Below are positions 28,877 to 37,972 of a stretch of DNA of 59,782 nt, one piece after another. Source of the stretch: a virus (taxonomy: Duplodnaviria > Caudoviricetes). The notes beneath the pieces are model-generated. The model saw only the letters and a list, made by a program, of their open reading frames with translations. It ran no database searches and had not been told where the DNA came from. The stretch covers positions 1 to 59,782 of the IMG/VR virus record IMGVR_UViG_3300031999_000023. One strand, given 5' to 3'. The position numbers and the translations under genes were made by a program. Within the stretch, counting starts at the first letter, position 1. Every line of letters begins with the position of its first letter.

Positions 28877-29194
28877 CTATGTTTTAAGCTGACTGTTCTT
28901 TACAAACTCCCTGAACATCTTTTTCCGTATCTTGCCCGGAATTGCTATAATCGCCTGCCTTGCTTTATCGGCGTCCTTATTCCTCATAATAAAAGCCTTG
29001 TTCTTCGCGTCCCACGTCACCTGCGGGCAATCTTTTTTAAAATCAAACTTCTCAAGATGCTCAAGACTGATAGCCTCAAGGCCGCCGATTCGGTACAACA
29101 TTAACGCGGCAAAGGCCCAATAGAACTCCTTTTTGAACACGGGCAGTTCTGCATCTGCCGGGATTTCCTTATTTTCGCCGTTATTACCGGTCAT
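28877..29194 (-). CDS. Hypothetical protein
   Basis: ATGA-coupled to the upstream gene. Confidence 0.6.
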   Translation of the reverse strand: MTGNNGENKEIPADAELPVFKKEFYWAFAALMLYRIGGLEAISLEHLEKFDFKKDCPQVTWDAKNKAFIMRNKDADKARQAIIAIPGKIRKKMFREFVKNSQLKT

Positions 29195-29904
29195 TGCTTA
29201 ACCTCATTCTCTGTGAAAGTAAATCTGCCCATACCATCAATCGCATCGTCCGACCCATCATTTTGCTTAACCTCGTTCGGCTCTATCTTTGAATTTAAGT
29301 ACACCTGCATCTGACTTAGTACATATTTGTCAAAATCGTTCGGATCAACAAATGTGCAATTGTCGAACCACATACCTTCATCGCCTTCCATGAGTTGAAT
29401 CGCTTTCAACTCCGCAAATTCAATCTTTACATCACCCGTTGACCTCGGCCCCTTTAGGACATTGTATATCCTTCGCCATAGCTCACTTTTGCTTACGTTG
29501 CATTTCAGGCGATTATCGCCGTTACGCTCAATTACCGCTCCGTCAATTTCAAGATTGTCCGGCTTCATAGAATCAAAATCAACAACAGCAAACGCTGCGT
29601 TATTAGAATAATCGTTGAAGTCAATAACTAAAGGTTCGTTCGGCTCAAATCCTTTAATCTCAAGGCCACCATCGTTTCTCATGAGGCGGATAAAGTCATC
29701 GTGTTGAATATAGTTATCGTTCGGTTCGTTCGGCTCGGCAAATTCGCAATCCTTTTTAAGATGTTCGATATATCTATCAGCTATACTATTGGCAAGTTTA
29801 TCATAATCTTCAATCTGTTGTCTCAATTGGGCATATCCATCTTGTTGTTTGTCCCTGCACCCAAACATCAATGATAAACCTATGACAAGTATTATATTCT
29901 TCAT
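29191..29904 (-). CDS. Lipoprotein with EPNE repeats
   Basis: MKNIILVIGLSLMFG-C lipobox; EPN/DPN x5. Confidence 0.65.
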   Translation of the reverse strand: MKNIILVIGLSLMFGCRDKQQDGYAQLRQQIEDYDKLANSIADRYIEHLKKDCEFAEPNEPNDNYIQHDDFIRLMRNDGGLEIKGFEPNEPLVIDFNDYSNNAAFAVVDFDSMKPDNLEIDGAVIERNGDNRLKCNVSKSELWRRIYNVLKGPRSTGDVKIEFAELKAIQLMEGDEGMWFDNCTFVDPNDFDKYVLSQMQVYLNSKIEPNEVKQNDGSDDAIDGMGRFTFTENEVKQ

Positions 29905-30305
29905 TGCTTAACCTCATTAGGTTCGGTTTGCCAGTCTTTATAAACATATTTCCACTTCCTGTGCGAGCCGCAATCCCCACATATTTCAGTAACATCACTT
30001 GTCAGGCTGGCATACTTTCCATCTGGTTCACACTTAGGACAATAAACGCCCACAAAAGGCAGGTTGCCCCTTTCTTTTCTGCAATTAGTACAGAACTTCG
30101 TAAAAGAATAATTGCCACAACTTGGGCATAAATTCTGTTTGGGTATTTTCCCCCAACCATTTATGTAGGTTTGTTTAATCTCAGACAGATTGCCCTCTTT
30201 CGGACCATCATCAAATGCGTAGAGGCATAATAGAATACTGCCAATAAGTATAAAAACTATACTGCTTAAAAAAATATTAAATTTCATGCCGTTTTCACTC
30301 CTCAA
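29901..30305 (-). CDS. Membrane-anchored zinc-ribbon protein
   Basis: N-terminal TM helix; four CxxC pairs. Confidence 0.6.
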   Translation of the reverse strand: MRSENGMKFNIFLSSIVFILIGSILLCLYAFDDGPKEGNLSEIKQTYINGWGKIPKQNLCPSCGNYSFTKFCTNCRKERGNLPFVGVYCPKCEPDGKYASLTSDVTEICGDCGSHRKWKYVYKDWQTEPNEVKQ

Positions 30306-30621
30306 TCTTCAATGAGTGGAACAGTATTTTCTTCATGTCGGCCAAGTGTTTTTGTACGGCCATCATCGCACCGGCACTGCCTGAGCCTTCACTCGGACGC
30401 AGACCACAATTCCAGAGATCGTCCATGAGTACCTGTGCCTGTTCTTTGTCTATTCTTGCGAAAGATGGAACCGATTCTTCGTCAACCATCTCTCGCATAC
30501 ATAGTTGATCGGCGGCGGAATATTTTTCGCCAAGTTGTTCCATATAATAAAGGTTAATCTTTCGACCGAAGCCCATTGGCGATAATTCTGCTCTAATCTT
30601 TATTGAATGATTATTTTCCAT
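30295..30621 (-). CDS. Conserved phage hypothetical protein
   Basis: AQVLMDDLWNCGLRPSEG...HLADM motif. Confidence 0.65.
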   Translation of the reverse strand: MENNHSIKIRAELSPMGFGRKINLYYMEQLGEKYSAADQLCMREMVDEESVPSFARIDKEQAQVLMDDLWNCGLRPSEGSGSAGAMMAVQKHLADMKKILFHSLKIEE

Positions 30622-30645
30622 GATTTCCTTTGTTGATATTCGCTT

Positions 30646-30852
30646 TCATATAGCTTTCTTCTTTCCAAATACCTTATCGTAATCGAAATACTTTGTTTTC
30701 CCTGGAATTGACACCTTCTCCACCCACTTCTTCTGGTAAGCAGGCTCGAAGCCGACCTGGGCCTTTTCAAAGGCTTCACGAGGCGTCACACCTCGCCCGG
30801 CATTGCGAACAATCACTGTCGGGGCTTTTGTGATTTTCTGTTTATACTTCAT
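30646..30852 (-). CDS. Hypothetical protein
   Basis: ATGA-coupled basic 68-aa ORF. Confidence 0.5.
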   Translation of the reverse strand: MKYKQKITKAPTVIVRNAGRGVTPREAFEKAQVGFEPAYQKKWVEKVSIPGKTKYFDYDKVFGKKKAI

Positions 30853-31511
30853 GTAGTTTTATTCCACGGTAAAACTTTCACTTTTACAAGCTGAAATTCA
30901 TCTTCTCTCCGCACTAATTCGTACATTTCGGACTCGTAAAAGATAAACAAGTGGCCGCCGTACTCCATTTTCTGCAAGAGAAGTTTTCCGGTAGGCTCTT
31001 CAGTAGATTCTCTGTGCCTCTTTTCCATTTCAGAAATGAATAAGTGAGCCATTGGATTTTTACACTTGACAACTTTTTTGCAACAAAAACATTGAGGCCT
31101 ATCTTTGTATATCCGGCAGTAGTAATCATCCTCGGGTTCGTATTCGGGACACTTAACATAACAATTGCTTAGAATGGTCTGCGGCTTGAAGTGGTCACAC
31201 TTTGTATTGTGAATGGGTTTTACTCCAAGACGAACCCTCATTGGTAATGCACATTCAGCACGATATGCACAAAAACAGCAAGGTTCTACTGCGTCATAAG
31301 ATATTTTCTGGAAACATTCAGTTGACCCCCGCGCCTTGGCGGCACCACGCACGAACTCGACAGTCCGCCTTTCCATTAAAGCGCGCTCAAAATTTTTTAC
31401 CCTGTCTTTAGCATCTTTTCTGCCGCAAATAGTAGCGGTGGCATAGAAAGTACAGAATAATAAAAAAAATGAGACTACACATATTATCTGAAGATTTGCG
31501 CTCATATCCAT
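30849..31511 (-). CDS. Cys-rich membrane-anchored hypothetical protein
   Basis: N-terminal TM helix, many Cys. Confidence 0.5.
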   Translation of the reverse strand: MDMSANLQIICVVSFFLLFCTFYATATICGRKDAKDRVKNFERALMERRTVEFVRGAAKARGSTECFQKISYDAVEPCCFCAYRAECALPMRVRLGVKPIHNTKCDHFKPQTILSNCYVKCPEYEPEDDYYCRIYKDRPQCFCCKKVVKCKNPMAHLFISEMEKRHRESTEEPTGKLLLQKMEYGGHLFIFYESEMYELVRREDEFQLVKVKVLPWNKTT

Positions 31512-31682
31512 TTACCCGGCCCTTCTCAATCGTTTTGCCTGATGGATTTTCTTATGAAGAATCTCAACCGCTTCGTGGCGTTTAATTGGGCCACATACGT
31601 CACATTCGTAGTCCATGCCATTCACACACAAAATCAGTCCTCTGCATTTAGGACATTTAACTATTTTGTGATAGATTGCCAC
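31512..31682 (-). CDS. Small zinc-ribbon protein
   Basis: CPKC...CDVC; probable GTG start. Confidence 0.45.
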   Translation of the reverse strand: MAIYHKIVKCPKCRGLILCVNGMDYECDVCGPIKRHEAVEILHKKIHQAKRLRRAG

Positions 31683-31701
31683 AATTGTGGATCCCCATAA
31701 T

Positions 31702-33762
31702 TTACCCGGCCTTAGCGGCAAGGAACTGCTGCGCCTGCTGCTGCTTATCTTCCATTTCCCTGATTATATTTTCCTTATCGGCTATACCCGAAGCCTCAAG
31801 CAGTCTCCTCGCCGATAACGGCGGCTGGCCGCTCTTGATGAGTATCTCGTTGATCTCAAGCCTCTCTGCCATATCGGCGATACGCATCGTCGGCGAGTAC
31901 GGGCTCATCGTCACCGTAGTATTGTACCTGCCCTTTCTCAGGTTGCTTATCTCCTCGTAGAGCATGTCCATCGCTATCGGCCGGGCAAGCTTATCGATAA
32001 TGGCGTTCTGGCGTTTCATCAATTCAAGGTCGGCGAGATAGTTCTGGGCATAGGACTGGTCTATCTGCGCGGCTTCCGGCTCCAGATTGCCGGGATGCTC
32101 GGCTAACTTCACGCCCCTTGCCTCAAGCTCTTTGACCACCTCGTTTCGCGACTGCTCCAGCAGATCGTTGTCTATCATATCGTCAGAATCGACAATTTCA
32201 AGAATCTCATCCATTGAGTAAACCTTGTTGTTTCTCAGAATCTCCACAATCAACTTATTCAGAATTGTTTGTGAATAATCGAAGTTGTGAAGGATAGGCG
32301 AATTGCCGGTCATCGACGAACGCTGCTTGGCTTCAATCGCCTTGCCGCTCAGGCTCGATTCATCATAGCTGGCATCCTCGGAGCGAACGCCGCTAATCAA
32401 GTGCAGATTGCGGATGGACAATTCTTCCTCGCGGTCGAAGCCGGCCGGGAAGGTCGTAGGCTCGATTTTCTTAATTTCGCCTCCGGCCTGTGATACATCA
32501 AGCACTATGTTATCCTCGGCCCCGTTTTCTTCCAGCCATGTTTTGAACGTGCCCAGGGGATCGCTCTTGATATACCAACCACTGTTCGGCATCTTCTTCA
32601 GGATGTTAAGCTTCTGCGAATGGCAGTAGTTGATTTCTTCCTGCGTGCCTTTCAGGTCTTCGGCCATGCCGCCCCGATAGCCGTTGTCAAAGTACGGACT
32701 GAACGGAACTATCTCGAACATATCGACGCCGTTAAGTTCATCTTCGTTGTGTTCGAGAAGCAGATCCCCCAAGATAACGGTATGGCACATTATCTGCCTG
32801 ATTACGCGATAAGCAGTTATCTTCGGCAGTCTTGAACCTTCCGGCGGAGCAAGGTAGATTTCGTCCCTAATGGAACCCTCGCCTTTGATGTAACCCTTTG
32901 CGTACAGCTCCCTGAATATCTCGGAGATATCCTTTTCTTTCGTCACAAGAATAGCATCAAGCTCGTTTTCTTCATCCTTAAAAAACATGAAACTCCGCTT
33001 CGGCATTCGCCAGAAGCAGTGTGTGATGTGAAACTGATTCTCGTGTGACTCTATGGAGTGCATTATCCTGTTGCCGGAGATCGTAGACATCGCATTCCTG
33101 AATCCACCCCATATCCTTGACCAGAAGCCCGTAGTATCGTTCATAATCGGCTCAAAGCCGTAATCTTCAAGGTCCGGTGCTTTCTTCGGGTACTGCTCTT
33201 TAATCAATTCCTTATCAACCCAGGGCTCCCAGACTATGTACTTGGCGCCGGTTGTGAAATTGTTGAGGTCGTAACTGATACAGTTGGGATCGACTGCGAC
33301 ATCATCCTCATTGAGCTTCTCGATTATAAGATTGCCGTTCTTCGGATCATCATTCCAATCGATGTAACAACGGATAAATCCCACACCCGAAGCCAAGCCG
33401 GCCTCGAACCACTGCGTCTTTTGAAATAAGGACTGGCTGATATCGTTGACGTGCTTTGCCAGCTTCGTCAGTATCCTCGCCCCGGACTCCGTGCCGCCCC
33501 GATTGGCCTCAACCTTCACATCTTTGGGATTCTGCAACTGCATACCAACCACCTGCTTGATGATTGGCTTTATCAACGGTACCTGGAGCGAGAATTTGCC
33601 CTTCCGCCTGTTCCATTCCTTAACGGCTGGGTCCCACTGGTCGCGGTACGTGAACCTCTTGCCTTCTTCCATGCGGTCGAACAGGTCCGAACCGCCCATG
33701 ACCGCAGACTCGCGCATATCCTTTACCTTCTCTACCAATTCTTCATCCGTTAACTTTTTCAT
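31702..33762 (-). CDS. Portal protein (P22-like)
   Basis: FTYRDQW...PLIKPIIKQVVG...VDPN...GMAEDLKGTQEEIN...SGKAIEAKQ; lies between terminase and head genes. Confidence 0.88.
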   Translation of the reverse strand: MKKLTDEELVEKVKDMRESAVMGGSDLFDRMEEGKRFTYRDQWDPAVKEWNRRKGKFSLQVPLIKPIIKQVVGMQLQNPKDVKVEANRGGTESGARILTKLAKHVNDISQSLFQKTQWFEAGLASGVGFIRCYIDWNDDPKNGNLIIEKLNEDDVAVDPNCISYDLNNFTTGAKYIVWEPWVDKELIKEQYPKKAPDLEDYGFEPIMNDTTGFWSRIWGGFRNAMSTISGNRIMHSIESHENQFHITHCFWRMPKRSFMFFKDEENELDAILVTKEKDISEIFRELYAKGYIKGEGSIRDEIYLAPPEGSRLPKITAYRVIRQIMCHTVILGDLLLEHNEDELNGVDMFEIVPFSPYFDNGYRGGMAEDLKGTQEEINYCHSQKLNILKKMPNSGWYIKSDPLGTFKTWLEENGAEDNIVLDVSQAGGEIKKIEPTTFPAGFDREEELSIRNLHLISGVRSEDASYDESSLSGKAIEAKQRSSMTGNSPILHNFDYSQTILNKLIVEILRNNKVYSMDEILEIVDSDDMIDNDLLEQSRNEVVKELEARGVKLAEHPGNLEPEAAQIDQSYAQNYLADLELMKRQNAIIDKLARPIAMDMLYEEISNLRKGRYNTTVTMSPYSPTMRIADMAERLEINEILIKSGQPPLSARRLLEASGIADKENIIREMEDKQQQAQQFLAAKAG

Positions 33763-33976
33763 CTGCCTGTTTCCTGAAATCTGCCACACCACAGGGATCC
33801 GGGTCTATCGCTCCTGATTCAATCGAATGAATGCGAGTGAGAATATTCCATGCCAAGAAGATTTCACCTTTCGACTTGGCCATACCGTAAAGCTCTCTTA
33901 GTTCTTTGATGTGCTCATCGTTTGTCATTGTGCTATTCTCCTTTTGTTCCTTCGGATATGAACTGTTCCAACTCAT
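33743..33976 (-). CDS. Hypothetical protein
   Basis: Short ORF; probable start is the internal MTNDE after AAGGAG. Confidence 0.4.
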   Translation of the reverse strand: MSWNSSYPKEQKENSTMTNDEHIKELRELYGMAKSKGEIFLAWNILTRIHSIESGAIDPDPCGVADFRKQADEKVNG

Positions 33977-34112
33977 CTTCTGACATAGAGTTATACATAC
34001 TCAAAGCGGCCTTATTGAGCTGTTCTTTCTTTATCTTTTTTCGCTTGCAGGCAAGTGCCACCTTTGCGGCCCCTATCTGTTTTTCCGTCCACGGCATATT
34101 AAACGTTCCTTT

Positions 34113-34781
34113 CTAACCCATAACCATCGGCGATTGAGGCCGTTTCTCTGTATGTCTATAGCCGACGCGGTCTCTTTCAATCTTCTGTTCTTCTGCCGGA
34201 TAATGGTTTTTCATTTCTATTACAGCCAAAGCCAAAGCCTCTATAGCCGGGAATTCGCCTTGTTCCAGTTCTACGATTTCCTCCTGTTCAATCAATGACA
34301 AGTAATTAACGATGTTACTGTTTTTGAGGAATAATACTCTATGCTCCGGGTCTAATAACTCCTTTAGTTTAGGCAGGATATACGAATACAGTTTGCGTAT
34401 TTCCAATATCATCGACGTCGATAGTACAATATTTCTTACTGCCGCTCCTGACCTCGCTTGATTTTTGAGTTCAACTCTCAGCTCCTGAATAAATTTGTCG
34501 GCAGTCTCGTTCTTATCGTCTCCTATCCATAAGGCGGGTTTGAACTGCGTGTCAAGCGCAGCGCATTTCCTTATAAGTTTTCTTGTGTCGAAACTTTCGT
34601 ATTCAGCCAAAAGATACATATCGTTAGTGTCGTAATGCTTCTTGTTTGTCATTGCAACGACTACGGCGCACCCCTGTCGCTTCGACGGCCAACTTACCCC
34701 ACCATAAACCACCTTGCATTGATCCACGAGTTCAATCTCTGTGTGAGGATGATTTATTGGAGTTGTTGTAATGTTTAGCAT
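34113..34781 (-). CDS. Terminase-nuclease-like (RNase H fold) accessory protein
   Basis: YGGVSWP...AVVVA...YLLAEYE pattern resembles the TerL C-terminal domain; translationally coupled to terL. Confidence 0.45.
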   Translation of the reverse strand: MLNITTTPINHPHTEIELVDQCKVVYGGVSWPSKRQGCAVVVAMTNKKHYDTNDMYLLAEYESFDTRKLIRKCAALDTQFKPALWIGDDKNETADKFIQELRVELKNQARSGAAVRNIVLSTSMILEIRKLYSYILPKLKELLDPEHRVLFLKNSNIVNYLSLIEQEEIVELEQGEFPAIEALALAVIEMKNHYPAEEQKIERDRVGYRHTEKRPQSPMVMG

Positions 34782-36082
34782 TATGCCAAGTCACCTTCAG
34801 AAAAATAAAACTTGCCTTCAATACCGTAAATTCCGTATCGAACACAATCGCAGGTATGGTCGTTGACTTTCAGCGGCTCATCTTTCGCAGCATGACTCTC
34901 TGTACCTTCAGACCACTTGTAGCCGCCGATTTCCTTAACTGTATTCTTGCATGTATTGAAGATAAATAGTCGGGGCTTGCCGTCATCCTGCACCTTCAGT
35001 GCCGCCTGAACAGCCTCGATGCCCAGGTGAACGTCTTTTTTGGCCGGCATAGTGGAAATGCCCAGGCTTTTCAGTTCGCAGCAATCCTGAGAATCGTGGT
35101 CGGCCCACGTCACCCGGTATTTCTCGGCGCTGCTGATCTGCTTGATACGCTCGGCGTGATAGGCTAATGTCTCACGGGACTGATAATGTTCGGCGTATAC
35201 ATACCATCGCTTGTCGGGGTCCCTGGCCAACCAGAGGCAGACAAACGGATTATTGAACCCCCAGTCGATAACCCTATACCGTGCCCAATCGTCCGGTATT
35301 TTGAACGGCTTAATTACATGGGTATCACGGCTAAAAGTCTTATAGACGGCTCCGGCGAATGCTGCGAAGTAACCCTTGATACGGGTCTGCTGCACTTCGG
35401 CCGGCCACTCGGCTATCATAAGATTGATCTCTTTGTCGTCGATGTAACCGCCCCGGCTCTTGCGATTATCGTTCAAGTCGGCGTAGAAGATCGCGTCCGT
35501 CTCGGGTAGGGCCTTAATACGTTCTTCGAGCCAACCCTGCGGAATGATAGGCGTCATTGACTGTGCGGAAAAGCCGTTTTTGTCCATTAGTCGGGCCTGT
35601 ATCTCCGTCCAAATTCCTTCGGCGTCGGATTTGCATTGCTCATCACCATAGAAGGCGTCAATCGCTCTGCCTTCGAAGGCTTTACGGCCTTGTTCGTAAG
35701 CCTTAAACTCGATACGATTACCATTAGTGAGGCGCAGTTCTGCGGGGATTTCATCTGCTTTGTTGTGCCAACTAATCGACTGGATTTGACTCATCAGCAA
35801 ATACGCCTGAATCTTCTCGCTCCATAACAGCTTGCCCACCAATGGCCAACTGTTTGCCGCCGCCCAGATCGTAGCCTGTTTCGGCGTCTTACGGTACGGA
35901 TGGCAGCCAAGAGCGAAAGATGATAAATCGAATCCGATACAACTCTCAGACTTGCCGGAACGATTACCACCGAAAATCCAACGGTTCTTAGCTTGGCTCT
36001 TGTGGAACTCCTTCGGCCCCGGCAGAGGCTTGTACAGAAGAATCTTCCTGCCAATACTGCGTATTTGCCTATCGGTTAGCAT
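34781..36082 (-). CDS. terL: Terminase large subunit
   Basis: Walker A GGNRSGKS, Walker B FYGDE, nuclease IDWGFNNP and NDHTCDCVRY. Confidence 0.95.
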   Translation of the reverse strand: MLTDRQIRSIGRKILLYKPLPGPKEFHKSQAKNRWIFGGNRSGKSESCIGFDLSSFALGCHPYRKTPKQATIWAAANSWPLVGKLLWSEKIQAYLLMSQIQSISWHNKADEIPAELRLTNGNRIEFKAYEQGRKAFEGRAIDAFYGDEQCKSDAEGIWTEIQARLMDKNGFSAQSMTPIIPQGWLEERIKALPETDAIFYADLNDNRKSRGGYIDDKEINLMIAEWPAEVQQTRIKGYFAAFAGAVYKTFSRDTHVIKPFKIPDDWARYRVIDWGFNNPFVCLWLARDPDKRWYVYAEHYQSRETLAYHAERIKQISSAEKYRVTWADHDSQDCCELKSLGISTMPAKKDVHLGIEAVQAALKVQDDGKPRLFIFNTCKNTVKEIGGYKWSEGTESHAAKDEPLKVNDHTCDCVRYGIYGIEGKFYFSEGDLA

Positions 36083-36453
36083 TGATTCAGAAGAACCTTT
36101 CTGATTTCTTCACATTCACTGTCCGTCAAAGTGTTCTCATTCTCGATGACAAGATGCTCTACAGCCTTGCCTTCCTCTCGGTCAATCGCATATCGGGCAA
36201 GTCTTTCAGAGCCGGAGTATCTACCTACCTTGGCGTGATCCACAAGCTTAAGTGCCGTCTGTTGGGCTTGGGTAAGTTTCTTTCTGTCTAACTTCTCAAG
36301 CTCGGCGTCGGTCATAGCCATGAATTGACAGAAATAAACCCAGAGCTGAGTGCGCCGAACGGGAGGACCTGCAGGATTGCCGCTTTGGCCGGGCTTGAAT
36401 TCGCATTCTTTCTGTTTGGCAGTACGTTCAATTTTCTTCTTCGGCTCGGCCAT
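36076..36453 (-). CDS. terS: Terminase small subunit (DUF5681-like)
   Basis: FKPGQSGNPAG motif; DREEGKA; directly upstream of terL. Confidence 0.75.
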   Translation of the reverse strand: MAEPKKKIERTAKQKECEFKPGQSGNPAGPPVRRTQLWVYFCQFMAMTDAELEKLDRKKLTQAQQTALKLVDHAKVGRYSGSERLARYAIDREEGKAVEHLVIENENTLTDSECEEIRKVLLNQC

Positions 36454-36534
36454 TATCACTTAAACTTCCTATCGATACAGGCCCTGATTGCACTTCAAGC
36501 TCCGGTCCGTAATATTCGACCAAATACCAAGATT

Positions 36535-36753
36535 CTATTGTCGTTTCTTCCATCTTCTTATTAACCAGGCAAGCGGCACGAATACAACAGCGATTATCAC
36601 CTTGCCGATTGCGTTGATTATTCTTTCGCCTGTGCCGTACTTCGGATTCTGCTGCACTTTGTAGTTGTCTGATAAACATAAATAGCAATAACCGCCAGTT
36701 GAGCGGTATGTCTTAATGGGATAGCCGCATTTTTTGCAGTTCATTTGAGGCAT
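36535..36753 (-). CDS. Small Zn-finger/TM protein
   Basis: CKKC...CYLC and a C-terminal hydrophobic helix. Confidence 0.5.
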   Translation of the reverse strand: MPQMNCKKCGYPIKTYRSTGGYCYLCLSDNYKVQQNPKYGTGERIINAIGKVIIAVVFVPLAWLIRRWKKRQ

Positions 36754-36754
36754 A

Positions 36755-37309
36755 TTAGAACGGTATTCTTATCCCAAAATATCCGTTTAATTGCCGGTCC
36801 TCGACAACTGACAGATCGCCAAAGTTGGCGTCATAACCAATCTCGAATATCAGTTCCGTATTGCTGTCGGGCGTTGTTTGGACCCTGACTCCGGCAATAC
36901 CGCCCATCATGCCGGCATCCTGGTCGATGAAATTCCAAGTGTTCTGAAAGCCTATATAAGGCCGAATCACAACATCTTCCGACAATATCATCAGAAACGC
37001 ATCGGGTATCCAGGGCAAGGTATTGTTCGGATCAACTATATCCATCGAGTGATATATCAAGCCTAAAGTCAGCACTTGCGGCGGCTCCATATCGCCTTCT
37101 TCATCCCATCGGGGCCGCCAAATAGAGCCTACAAACGGCTCAAGTCCGCCATTATCAGAGCCGAGGTAATAGCCAAGACGCAATGCTAAGGCATTCTGGC
37201 TATCAACGTTAGCCACTTGCTCCGTCATGCCCCAGATCGTCAAGCCTGCGGCCTGTACGGCATTACACATACACAATGCTATGATGATTGCTACAATAAT
37301 TCGTTTCAT
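36755..37309 (-). CDS. Outer-membrane beta-barrel protein
   Basis: Signal peptide ending AVQA; alternating amphipathic strands; C-terminal YFGIRIPF (terminal Phe). Confidence 0.65.
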   Translation of the reverse strand: MKRIIVAIIIALCMCNAVQAAGLTIWGMTEQVANVDSQNALALRLGYYLGSDNGGLEPFVGSIWRPRWDEEGDMEPPQVLTLGLIYHSMDIVDPNNTLPWIPDAFLMILSEDVVIRPYIGFQNTWNFIDQDAGMMGGIAGVRVQTTPDSNTELIFEIGYDANFGDLSVVEDRQLNGYFGIRIPF

Positions 37310-37325
37310 GTTTTGCTCCTTTTGC

Positions 37326-37484
37326 TTATTTTATTTCCGATTCATAAAGTTTTAGCCAGCAACAGTCATCATTACAAATTCTGGCTTCTTTATTGAGATA
37401 AAATACTACCCAACCCCGTTTTCTCAAGTATTTCATCATAAGGCGATGATGGCATGATTTGAGATTTCTCAACCATGTTTTCAT
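37326..37484 (-). CDS. Small hypothetical protein
   Basis: AAAGGAG RBS then MKTWLRNL...; flanked by a 19-bp direct repeat. Confidence 0.55.
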   Translation of the reverse strand: MKTWLRNLKSCHHRLMMKYLRKRGWVVFYLNKEARICNDDCCWLKLYESEIK

Positions 37485-37498
37485 GTTTTGCTCCTTTA

Positions 37499-37687
37499 CT
37501 ATTTTGGTGAATGTTTCTTTATTCCCTGACTCAATGATAAGCCGGTAACAAGCTTGATTCGTGAAAGCCAAACATCGACTTTATCGAGGATAAGATTATC
37601 CCGGCGAGTCGGCGTGAAATAAACAATTGCGCGAGCTATGATGTACAGAGCTCCGATGACGGCGAGGACTTCATCTGTGTATTCCAT
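37499..37687 (-). CDS. Holin-like small membrane protein
   Basis: AVIGALYIIARAIVYFTPTRRDN motif; AAGGAG RBS. Confidence 0.55.
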   Translation of the reverse strand: MEYTDEVLAVIGALYIIARAIVYFTPTRRDNLILDKVDVWLSRIKLVTGLSLSQGIKKHSPK

Positions 37688-37785
37688 TTGTTATACTCCT
37701 TTCTGATAGAAGCGTTAGTGTTGCCCATCGGCTTTTTGGGGTCTTAAAAAATATCATAAAATATAAAATTATTTTTATTTTTATC

Positions 37786-37814
37786 TTGACTTCCTATACC
37801 TGATATGTTAGTTT
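37786..37814 (+). promoter_or_regulatory. Sigma70-type promoter of the rightward accessory operon
   Basis: TTGACT-17-TAGTTT with extended TG and an AT-rich UP element. Confidence 0.65.
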
Positions 37815-37820
37815 GTTATT

Positions 37821-37953
37821 TGGCATGGTGATAATGACTTTACAACTTGAACTCCCTCACACACAAATCAAACAAACAATTCTGCGCAAACATAAGCTCC
37901 CCAAAGATTCCGGCTTCACTCACCATGCTGCTGGTTTCCGCGGGGGCTTTTTT
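37821..37953 (+). promoter_or_regulatory. Structured attenuator-like leader
   Basis: 5' GCATGGTGA is complementary to TCACCATGC in the loop of a hairpin ending GGGGGCTTTTTT. Confidence 0.55.
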
Positions 37954-37972
37954 AAGAAAGAAGGGTAAGAAA

